Of a stretch of 64,000 bases of DNA, positions 51,271-62,452 are shown piece by piece. The position numbers and the translations under genes are program-made. Within the stretch, counting starts at the first letter, position 1, and the number at the start of each line of letters is the position of its first letter. The notes under the pieces are model-generated. The model was given only the letters and a program-made list of their open reading frames with translations, made no database searches and had not been told where the DNA came from. The DNA comes from Zancudomyces culisetae HAW-14-8 (lineage: Eukaryota; Fungi; Kickxellomycota), in assembly GCA_052426225.1 (NCBI GenBank), contig JBNJNM010000007.1:558001-622000 (forward strand), written 5' to 3'.

Positions 51271-52022
51271 TTAAAAGCTCATAGCAGCAAAAAGCACCAT
51301 AGTTACCAACATAAACATTCCCAAGGACTGGGTGCTTCTTGTTATAGACCCTAAGCTTGTGTTGTTTTTGGGTGAGTTTCCTACAGAGCCAGGAGCAGCG
51401 TCTTGGCTATCATCTTTGGCATTTGACCCGCTTCCTGATCCCTGGTCTCTGTTTCCACTTCCGGAGTCGTTATTTCCCTGGGCTGGTTGATTTGCAGCGC
51501 CACCTTGGCTGCCTCCGCTTTGACTACCTCCACTCTGGTTGCCTGAGCTCTGTTGAACAGCTTGTCCACCGTGGTTCCCGTTAGTTGGAGATCCTCCCTG
51601 GAACTGTGGGCTGTAGGATGCATTTCCATCTTCGTCTGTTATTCTTATTGAGTATACTCGTGAATAGGGGAAATCGCTTGGAACAGCATATTTAAACTTT
51701 TTTTGTGCTGCCGAACATTGTTCACATAGTGTTGTTATATAGTTGAGGTTGTTTGAGTCTGCTCCTTCCATAAGATCAATTACAAGGTTTCCTGATAACG
51801 GGGCTCCCTGTAATGAGTTTCTAAAAATATATGTATTTAGAAAGTTAATACAAACAAGATGGTGTAGAAAATACAGTACAAGAGGATTACTTACGACCAA
51901 ACAATGTTGTATTCTCCTCCTGGGTTCCATTTGGTGGATTGGAGAGGCGAGTTAATTACCAATGCGGCAAAGGATGTTGTAAGGCTTGCCAAGATAGCTA
52001 CAGCTGATATTATACTTTTCAT
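51271..52022 (-). CDS. Kre9/KNH-like N-terminal domain, Ser/Gly-rich GPI-anchored protein (2 exons)
   Basis: Signal peptide, INSPLQSTKWNPGGEYNIVWS, YSIRI...SYSPQF, a low-complexity stalk and a hydrophobic C-terminal GPI signal. Confidence 0.75.
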
Positions 52023-53570
52023 CTTTACTATAACCCTTTGAATGTTCTTTGTTTTAAATGTAGTTTATGGAAGTTGGCTATTCACAGAATACACCTTGCT
52101 ATTAAAATGCTTTTATAATCTTTTCTTTATTTTTTATAAAACTTTTTTTTTAGGTAAGAGAGGACTAAAGACAATTTAATATACTAGCCCGATAATGCTT
52201 GACGTTTTTAATCTTATGTCCTGGTGGAGGATGAAAAGGTGCAAAATACATGACTATTGGCCCAACTTTTGCGTTGTAGTCGAAGGATGGCTTTTGATAA
52301 GATTTTCCATAGACCCTGTTACACCATTGCTTCATTTTCTGCTCGCTCCTTTGGCTGAGCTATGCTGTTCACCATAAATGCAGTATTAGTTAAATTTAAT
52401 AAGTAAAAAAAATATAAACCGGGATGTTCAATAAAAATAGAAACTCAAGTTGTAGGTTGCCATTTGCCTATAGTTTAAAACCGCAATAAACTGTGGAGAA
52501 TAGTGCTTTATTAAACGAGGTTCATAAACGAACCAAATTCAGGTCATCCTTAAATAACTTTATTTTATACGTTCTTTCGCGATATTGGAATCGGGGTAAC
52601 TATGATTCTTTGTCCAATACAATATCCATCTAAAATTGGTTTTATTATAATATACTCGAAAGGTCAATATCATGCTGTTGTATATATTTATTTTTCATTT
52701 TTCATTTTTCATCTTTCATTAATTACCCAGGAAAAAGGAGAAACACCATTAAGAAAAATACGCGAGTAGTTCATAATAGACTCGCACGCTCCTTTGGATG
52801 ATGCGTCCATTTATCTTACAATACCTGAATTTTTTTTGTTATATACACATTTATTTGTCAATTTAAAGTTGAAAAATTGTTACGCCAACATACTCTACTT
52901 GTTGTGTGGCATCTATCTATCGCCACGCTAGAGCGTATTTATTTGAAAAAATGAACGATATTTCAATCATTTTTCAGGGTTTGTGAGACATTTCGTTTTC
53001 ACTACTCATTTAAGTGTTAAGCGATTTTCGAATTTGGTCAAATGTCTGGTTTTTTAATCTCGCAAGCTCAAGCGTTCCTTTTGTATTAAACCAGTTTTAG
53101 ACTTGGAGAACGTGTATTAGGCTTATATTTAATCCCCAAACAAATAGCACTTTACCCTCCCCCCCCCCCCATTTTTTTCATATTCAAATATACACCCTTT
53201 CTAGTGGACGAGTAAACGTGAAATGATGTTCACTCCAAAAGTATGTATATTGGATATATACGAAAACGGGTTGAGATTTTTTCGGGTAACGTCAGCCGCC
53301 CCCTACAAGGAAGAATGAAGTATAATTCTAATTTTTTAAGCTGGGATTTGAATATAGTAGCTCGTTCGAATCCGTTCACCTTAAGTTACTTCATCCTCCT
53401 TCCAAAAAAATAGATTGTATTATTTATTTAAAATTAATATCTAAAGTTAGGATAAAAATATGTAATGAATATTTAGCTATAACGTTAATATTGACTTCCA
53501 AGTGGAAAGCCTGAAAAACTAAATATTCAACTGAGGAGGGGGGGGCGAGAGGCAGAATATTTTTGTTTAC

Positions 53571-54709
53571 TCAAGACATTAGGTGTGTAGTGGATGTCTC
53601 TGTCTCCTCTACTCTATTAACAGCTGTGTAGCTTTTGCAGTTTTTAAGACACAAATAAAGATATAAGAGCGAAATGAACATCCAATACGCAATATATCCC
53701 AGTACCGTTGCCATAGTAGCATTATTTGTTCATCCCAGGAACGATCTGAATACACTCCACCCCAACTGATTTGGGCTTTCGGGGCTACAGCAGTTGAGCA
53801 TCCTAAATTCAATTTACATGTGAGTGTGGTTCATTGATGTGTAATTCCTAAATAGCAAATCTTACCAGATACTTTTTGGAATATCAAAAATATAGGCTGC
53901 ATGTACATCCAAGTTTATTTTCTGACTCCATACATAATTCTCCAGAAATTTAATTGAGTTGGTAAACATTGCAGCCCCCAGAAACGAAATTAAAATGGTT
54001 GAAAATGCCAAAAAGTATAGCATGTTAAGTGACCTCCCAAAGTAGCAAATCGTCAACCCAAGAGACGCTCCTAAAACCACACCTGTAATTATAGACAATG
54101 GTATCTCTATAGGCTTTGCCGAAATAACTATTCCTGCACATAGCAATACTGCCTCAACTCCCTCTCGTATTATTGCTAAAAAAGACATTACAAAAAACGT
54201 GGATCTTATAAAAAACCATCTCTCCTCGTTTTTTGGCGCAGTAGTTTCCCCATTGTTTATCTTTACTGCAAGTTTTTCTGAGATTTTATACAAACTGAAA
54301 AAAGAATATCCAATTAAGATCAAAACCAATGAGGTGATCAGGGAAAGTATCCCCTCCCAAAGGTCTTCATGTGCACCCCACATATCGTTAGAAAACTTGA
54401 AATATAAAACCATCAGTACTGATTATATATGTAGTACACATGTATATACATGATTATCATCGCTATTACGCTTTTATTTATTTATTTTTTAGTAAAAAAA
54501 ACAAATAAAATACACTTACCAGTTCCCAGAAGAATTGAGGTAAATACACCGCTGGCTGCCCCGGCAAGGACCTGCTTTTTCAGTCTTTTCTTAATATTTA
54601 CATTCTGTTCGTTTAGCTTGTTTATAAATGCAAACATCATTGCAATTAGTAAAGCGGCTTCAGTAGCCTCTCTTGTAATTACAAAAAACACTTGAAGATT
54701 GAATATCAT
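53571..54709 (-). CDS. FTR1: High-affinity iron permease Ftr1 with an in-frame TGA (pseudogene or recoded; 3 exons)
   Basis: Two RExxE motifs (REATE, REGVE) and EDLWEG. The last exon reads WMLNCCSPE...GWSVFRSFLG*TNNAT...YIAYW, with TGA at 53730-53732. Confidence 0.85.
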
Positions 54710-56256
54710 TATTTCTATAGCTATGAGGCCTCAATTAGGCGATTAGAAAATACGTCTGTATATATTTATACCTCGAAAAGCACCTTTTTATAATAGCCCA
54801 TTTTCTTTGTTAGACAAAAAAATATGGTCTTGTGGTAAACTTGAAAACCTCGCAGTGTATATTACCACTTCCAACTGTCATATTAGATCTACAACATATA
54901 TCCCTGCTTTTCTTGCATGTTGCAGGCACGGGATTTATCAAGAAAAATAAACTTAAACAAGCTCGATACAGGTTTGCAGTAAATACGCTTTACATTTTTA
55001 CCTGCAGATGAATCTTTACTACCCAGTCATGAATATTCAGAAAATATGGGGCTGAAAATTACCCCCCCCCCCCTCCAAAGAAAAGCTTTGTGCTCATCAT
55101 TTTACAGATTGCTAGTATATGATTTACATCTTGGTCATCCTTATTATAACAGTCAACTTTTGAAGAGGGTTGGATTCCTGAATTACAATGTACATTGGAG
55201 TTTTAGTTTCACTAAGATGCCTCGTTTTTCTCACTATATTGGTTTATATTAGTAATTATCAATTTATACTTTATGGAGAAGTAGATAATACAAAAAAATT
55301 ATCATTCAATACTCACATCAAGGTTTGGATGTATTCTTAGTGTATTATTATAACTTTCTGATGCTCCAAGCTAAATTTCAAGGGTATTTCTGGTGAAATT
55401 TTAAAAACATTAGGTTTGTGTACTAAGCGACCAAATCACGTGTACATGCTAAAAGCTTCACTGTAAAAGCACTATAATTCAACGCAAAACGGGTTGGGAT
55501 TAAACAGCAAAACTATACAGCTGGATGGTGAACTCTATATAATCAGTAAAGTAAGTGTGGTGATATACTTGTTTTATTTTCACTGTCTTTTTGGGGTAAA
55601 GAGCAAAGCTAATAATAATGCTAAACTCGTTTTTCTGGATTTGTATGAAGAGCCAATTTCGGGTGTTAATCAAATAAAAACTATTCTGTCACCACATGCT
55701 ATTTTTTTTTAGCAGAGTCCAAGTTTCTTGTTTACAGGGTTTAATAACTTTTGAAACAGGTTGACTCACACCCAAAGAGGAGGGGAGAAAGCTTCTTTTT
55801 CTTGCATCACTCTCCTCCCTCCTCTCGAGTTGAGAATATTACACATCTTCCTGTTGTACCTACTTCAAAAAGGGCTATGAAACTTCGGCAGGTAGAGCTT
55901 GTTACTATTTAAAAGAAAAATAATGTAAGAACAGAATGTGTTATTTTTATCCAGGTATAGTCGTAAACCTAAATCTTAACTTGTACCTATGTATTCATGC
56001 TTTTTTGATTTTTTAAAAAGAAAAAAGAGAAGGTATCAGCTCCAAAATGACAAGCCTTTAAAGCTGTCCAGACGTGAATTACTATAAATCTGTTCTTTCC
56101 CTTCTAATGCCTATTATACATTCTCAATAAAAATTTTATTTCAATAAATACACGCTGGTGCGGTGAGATATGCAACGATAAAAAACATAAAAGTCACCAG
56201 CAGCTTTAAATTGCGCACATAGTGCTAAATACCAAAGATTTTTCATAACGACCAGA
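54710..56256. promoter_or_regulatory. Shared divergent FTR1-FET3 promoter region
   Basis: Head-to-head arrangement typical of fungal permease/ferroxidase pairs. No specific sites assigned. Confidence 0.55.
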
Positions 56257-58233
56257 ATGCTGAGTGGAATTCTAATAATCTTTTATTTTTATCTGAAGGT
56301 TTACATTGCAAAATACATTCACCATGACTGGGTGGTTGAATATATTATAGCTAATCCTGACGGATTGTGCGAAAGGGTGGTGATTGGGGTCAATGGGAAA
56401 TGGCCGATAGAAACACTGGAAGGTAATGTTGGAGACGTTATTACAGTTAATGCCATGAATAGACTCAACGTTCCTATTTCACTTCACGCGCATGGGATAC
56501 GGTTTGACAGCTATCAGTATAGCGACGGTGCATTTTCTGTAAACAATTGGTGAGGGTTCAATTTCTAGAGTGTTTACAAGTTAGTTCTATAAAAATTTAT
56601 GTATATCCTGAATGACCTGTAGTGGTGTCCCGCCAGGAATGAACTATACCTATACTATCCCGTTGTCAGAGTCGGGAACTTATTGGTTTCATTCGCATAT
56701 TGATGTAATGCACTTTTATTTATTTATCGCAAAATAAATATATCGACCCAAGTAGAACTGGAAAATAACTACACATCTGATATCTGTAAAAAATAGGGTC
56801 AGTACTCTGATGGGTTACGAACTCCACTTATTGTCCGGGCAGAAAATAATGAAAATTATGTGTATAGTGATGAGTTTGTACTTACTCTAGCAGGTAAACT
56901 AAATATAAAGAGGTCGTTTGTACTCTAACAACAGCAAACAACTAACAACCACTATTCTTGCATAAAAAAAATAGAGTGGTTTCATAAGCCTGTGTTTGAC
57001 ATTATTCCATCTCTAGTTAGTTCAAATAATCCTAGTGGATCCGAGCCTATTCCCGATTCTGGAATAATTAATGGTGGTGGAATAACCGAGTTCATAGTGA
57101 AGCCCAGTACTGTGTACCGAATTAGGTTAATAAATGCCTCCTCGGCTGCTGTTTTTCATGTAAAAGTGGATTATCACAAAATGAAAATGATTGAAGTTGA
57201 TGGTACTGAGATACAAATGGTTACTGCCGAAAGCATTGAAATATCCCCAGGTCAACGAGTTTCTTTCTTGATTACAACAAAAAATGATACCAACCATAAT
57301 TATTTGATTCACGCGGATATGGACCCGGATTATTTTGATTCCATCCCAGATTATTTACACTTAAATCTGACGGCAACACTAAAATATTCTGAACTGAGCA
57401 ACTCCAAAGATCCAGAACCGCACAAATGGAATTCCATACCTGATACAGATTTAAAGCCACTAGATAAAAAGCAATATAAGACACCAGACAAAATTATAAC
57501 GATTGTGAGCGATATCCAGGAAGCTGATGATGGAACTACACGAGGACTGATAAACGGAGTGACTTTTGTACCCCCAAAGGTCCCAACGCTACTATCAATG
57601 CTTTCAATGGGAGAGTTGGCGAAAAATCCTGAAGTTTATGGTCCTAAAACAAATGCGTTTGTCGTAGAATACAACAAAGGGATTCAAGTAATTATACAAA
57701 ACGCACATATGGATCCTCACCCATTCCATCTTCATGGACATAAGTTTGAAATTTTGGATGTAGGAGAAGGTGAGTACAAAACCAAGAATAAGATCTCAAC
57801 CAATACAACATATGATAATCTGATACGCAGAGATACAGTTAACGTGCCAGGCCAAGGATATGCGGTTATTCAGTTTACGTCAGATAATCCTGGAGCATGG
57901 CTTTTTCATTGCCACAACGTTTGGCATATGCTTTTTGGAATGAGAGCTGTTATAGTCGAGGCACCACTTGAGGCACAGAGAACCATCAGAAATATCACAG
58001 AAAGCGAAAATTCTTTGTGCTTAGCAGCAGGGTTTAAAACTACTGGTAATGGTGGTGGAGGAATAGGATTGGATTTATCCGGCGCACCAAATTCACCAAA
58101 TCTGATAAACTTTGGTATTCATTCAAAGGGAGTGGTAGCACTTGGGTTTTGCGTTCTATCTGCGCTATCAGGCACATATAGTGTCATAAGTTACATCAGG
58201 GCTTTGGTGAAATTGCAGCCGGAGGGCGCTTAA
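56257..58233 (+). CDS. FET3: Multicopper ferroxidase Fet3-like (4 exons)
   Basis: Cu motifs HAHG, WFHSH, HPFHLHG and HCHNVWH; EPIP; a C-terminal TM helix; transcribed divergently from FTR1. Confidence 0.9.
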
Positions 58234-59151
58234 CGAACTGGGGTATTTTTTGGTATTTATTTCTTACCTTTATTTTATAGTTCTATAGCAATTTTTTTTT
58301 CAGGTTTCTCAATTCAAAAAGAGTATACTTGAAATTCAAGCTACCAAGATGAAGTGATCAGTAAGGAAAAAATGCGTGACTTTTTGGAAGTACCAACGCA
58401 AAAATATTTTAGGGAAAATTGGGAGTGGAGGAGGAGGTAGATGGCACTATATGCGCTGGTGGCGTGTATTTTCCCTTTTGTTATTTTCGGTTATAGTGTA
58501 CTCAAGCTTACTATTTGACACAATTGGAAACTCGGGTTTGTGAAAAATAGCGATATTAAACTAAACAAATAAATTGCAGTTCAAGAAATTAATGGTTACA
58601 AGTATGGGGTGTACTACAAGAAGTGCAATATCTCAATGAAATAGTTGTAATGGAAAAGGTAGTATTGAATGTATTGATATGGGCTGATTAAATGAGATCA
58701 CATGGTGAGATTCGCAAATGCAATTAATGAACACAATTTGCAGAAGGCAGTTGTGTAACAATATTCCTGGGTAGGTGCGTCAGTTTTTTGATGAGTACAA
58801 GCTGAGGAGAACCAGGGCTAAATGGTGAATTAGTGGATCATCAGTTCATATTTTCAAATAAAGAAAAATTGAAAAATTGAAAAATTGAAAAAAAGGGAAG
58901 AGGGGAAAAAGGAAAAAAGAAAAAAAATCCTCTAAATTATAAGCCCTAACAATCAAAGTATATATTTTGCGTTGGGTTCAAATTCTGCATCTATTTTCCC
59001 CATACCTTTTCATGAAAGCAATTTTTCAGAGCAAAGAAAAGATAAATTAAAAGCTGAGGGAGTGGAAACTAAATTGGGCGAAATTCAACAAATGTTCGCC
59101 AATTTTGGAAAATTAAGATGCCTTCTCAAAGTGATTGCAGGATAAAAAGCA

Positions 59152-59529
59152 GCCAATAGATTTGTAGTAGAAGACCAGATGTTCACTCTTTTTAGGCGCA
59201 AGCAATCATTAGAATGAACCAGAACTATATGTTACACAATCATTAAAGCTGCGCAATTTTGATTGGTGTGAAAATGACGTCAATTCAGGAAATGAATGGG
59301 ACATTTGTACTACAAAGCCTATTGGCCAAATTGGCTGTTAATAATAGTTTAAGCAAAAAAGGCTACTGTTTTTTGAAACATGAGTAGTTACTTTCTGCTC
59401 ATTGGCTGAAAACAGCTGGCTTTCTTATTATGTTGAAAAAAACACATGAAAACGTTGTGGTTGGCCGTTCAATGCTTTTCGTCCATTCGCTAACCTCCCC
59501 AGTCAGGTGTGAATCTGGAGCTTGAGTCA
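59152..59529. promoter_or_regulatory. CCAAT-box cluster with TGACGTCA and TGAGTCA sites upstream of MAF1
   Basis: CCAAT/ATTGG near 59153, 59262, 59321, 59330 and 59401; TGACGTCA at 59275-59282; TGAGTCA at 59523-59529. Confidence 0.35.
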
Positions 59530-60080
59530 CATTACTAGCAAGAGATATAAAGTCCTCGGCACCAGAAAAATGAATTTAGAAACAGGAAACACAAGGAAAA
59601 AGTAGCATGATTCTATTTATATACCCAGTTGGGTAGGAAACAAGTTTCGCGCGTTTTAACCTAGCAAATTTGAATTCAAGATATATGTACTTTTTAAAGT
59701 ATAAACTACAAGATAACGCTTTAAGACCAAGGGTTACCTAGTAGCTTTATAATTCGAGTGTATAAATATCGTATTTTAGTACACTTTACCATACGCACGA
59801 ATATCAACTGTATGTATTTTATCTAACACCAACTAAACAGATCCTAAAAGAGTTATTATTTTGGAATATCCAACAAAAGCAAATATACAAGGAGGAAAAA
59901 ACCGGGTACAACGGATATAAGGGAGCGACAATTACACACTGTATTTAAGAAACAAACTGAACTGGATATTATATGGCAGAAAATCAAGCTCCACCATATA
60001 TAGCAATAACACCGAAACCACTGGAGACGCATAATACAACTAATAGATAACCAGATATCGATAAATAGAGATTAACAAGA

Positions 60081-61718
60081 ATGAAATTTTTACAAATATC
60101 ATCGCTCGATGCAATAAATGCATTGCTGTCGTTTGAGACAAATACAGGGCATTATGTCAACGGAAGAGTAGAAGTATATTCATGTACGGAAATATTTTAT
60201 AATTTAAAACACTACGGGGGTGGAAGAAATATGTATTTTATGATTTGAAGCCCAGATATACAAGCTGATACTTATTTTCAGGTGTTATGAATACTAATCA
60301 AAGGGGGTGGGACTATTGTTTGTGTATATATACGTGTTTTTTCGGCTTGATTTTTTTTTCTTGTGGGTGTTATTTAAAGAATATTGAAAGTGATCTGTTA
60401 TATCGCTCAAATCTGCATTAAAAAACAGTCTGGGCGAGAACATTTCAACCCGGGGTACTGTAATGCTAGAACTTAAAATAACATTTTTCCTTCCCAAGGA
60501 TACCAGTCGTGACGATGTATGTGGAAAACACCAGACATCAAATTAAATGAAAGAGAATAACTGTGTACATTTAGGCAAGGCTGCGGGCGTTGATAAAAAA
60601 CTATATAGATATTTAGAAAGTAAATATCTGGATGATGTATTCGAGTCAAAGAGTTTATCGCCCGAACAGAGTTCGCTCACGAACATTGTCTCTCCATTTG
60701 GGCCAATGACTGAGAGTGCACCGCGAAAAACACTCTACTATCTCATTGCAACATTGAACGCATCATTCCCAGATTATGATTTTAGGTAAAAAAAAGACAA
60801 AGCATAAGATACATACCCTATAATATTTCAATTTGGTTACTTAACCAACAGCAATTATCTATAGAACATTACTTGCCGACCAATTTTCCAGAAAGAACGA
60901 TATACAGGCACTATTAAACACAATAAATACCACGTTCTTCAATGTGGGATGTCCAGATTCTCTAAGTGATGGGCATTTATGGAACGAAATTGACAAAGCT
61001 ATCGAACTGAATGATTGTGTGGTATATTCATATACACCAGAAGCCGAATCTGACCCATACGGAGAAGTGTGTCCGGTGTAAGTCTACATATGATTACATT
61101 GTTTCTTTGGTGTTGTAATGTATAAGGTACTTCAAAAATATGTACACTCTCTATAGGTGGTCATTTAACTACTTCTTCTACAACAAAAAATTGAAAAGAA
61201 TATTATTCTTCACATGTTACTGTTCAAGGTAAACTTTATATACTCTTATTTTTATGTTTCCATTCAAATTTTTCGTTTTCAAGAATTTTAAAGGCACATA
61301 TGAATTGAGATCCAGGGCTGGTAAAGTGGAAAAAATAACTCTGGTGCTATTCCTAATGGGGGCAACTTGATCTACTACCTTCCAAACTTAAAAATGAAAT
61401 AAAATGAAAAATAGTGAGCCGCTACCGTTTGATGAGGTATCCTCCACGGCAAACGAGGAAGTCTATTCTGACATTATCGACTTCCAAGAGCCGGAAAAGC
61501 TGGGAGAGGCGAGTCGTGATAGTTGGTCAAGAAGGTACATACGCGCTTTACTTATTTATGTCAAATTATTTACTACTTTCAGATTTGGTAACGTTGCAAG
61601 AAGGAGTCAAAATTATTAAATTTTTAGTACTATTTCACATTTATCCAGCTTATTGGCGGCTACTAACTACGCTTATGACCATTATAGCGAAATATTTGTT
61701 GAAGAGATGGAAATATAG
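60081..61718 (+). CDS. MAF1: RNA polymerase III repressor Maf1 (about 6 exons)
   Basis: MKFL...GRVEVYSCKAAGVDKKLY, PFGP...RKTLYYLIATLNASFPDYDF, LWNEIDKAIEL...YSYTP...DPYG, WSFNYFFYNKKLKRILFF and an acidic tail ending EEMEI*. Confidence 0.92.
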
Positions 61719-61951
61719 AAGCGAACTTTATTTGGTTCTGACTCATCTATTTCACCCTACCTCCTAATACATTACTACCCCTTTTTTAACAAAAAAAAGA
61801 ATAAAAAACTCACACTATCTTCGCTCGTGTATATGCCCATACAATGGGAATATCATTAGCTCGCTTATGGGTTTGAGGTGGTGGTAGACTGATGGTGAGG
61901 GGAGATACAGCTTCAGAAACAAAGAGATGTTTCATAACAAACTCGCATTAT

Positions 61952-62050
61952 GACTTCTGATTTTTCCATCACTGGAGGGAATCAAACTCTGTATGAAATG
62001 TTTATATACTTCAACTCAGGGATTTGTCAGTTCGATCCTGGCAGAAGTCT
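61952..62050 (+). ncRNA. tRNA-like structured element (not a canonical tRNA)
   Basis: 7-bp acceptor-like stem GACTTCT/AGAAGTC stacked on a 5-bp T stem GTCAG/CTGGC with a TTCGATC loop. Two further hairpins fill the interior. Confidence 0.5.
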
Positions 62051-62452
62051 TTATTATTCTTATTCTTTTTATTATTAATACCACTAAAACCACACACTTT
62101 TTCTATTTTAATATTATCTGATGTTTTAGCCAAAATTTAACTGCTTTTTAATTTTCTAATAAATTGTTACCAAAATTCACACCAACACCACAATACCCCA
62201 CAAGGCTGTGGGGGGGGGGGGGGGTGCATGTTATCTAAAAACCAAAGTTATAATTTATCCATATATTCCAGCCCAATCTCATTTATAAAATTCTTGCCAT
62301 GGCTTTGCTGGTTAAACTCGATTCCGCAACTTTTAGTTAAAAAGGGAACTGTATTAACGTAATTATTAACCAACATCAACCCTCAATTCAAAATGAGTAA
62401 AACACTATGCTGTACTAGCTAATACGAGCATTAGTTGTGTTTAACCATATTA

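Noticed and set aside
53344-53373. GTTCGAATCC as a tRNA gene
   Set aside because: No T stem or acceptor stem can be formed around it.
53730-53732. Genome-wide TGA=Trp reassignment, or selenocysteine in FTR1
   Set aside because: All other conserved Trp codons read here are TGG, and TGA ends the HAT and RCC1L-like genes. The position is Trp rather than Cys, and no SECIS core was seen downstream.
61347-61392. snR30/U17-like motifs (TATTCCTA...AAAC) in a MAF1 intron
   Set aside because: Both motifs are imperfect and there is no terminal ACA box or clear hairpin.
61952-62050. tRNA-Sec (contains CTTCAA) or an intron-containing standard tRNA
   Set aside because: CTTCAAC is not enclosed by an anticodon stem, there is no variable arm, the geometry is 7/5 rather than 9/4, and there is no A-box or U8.
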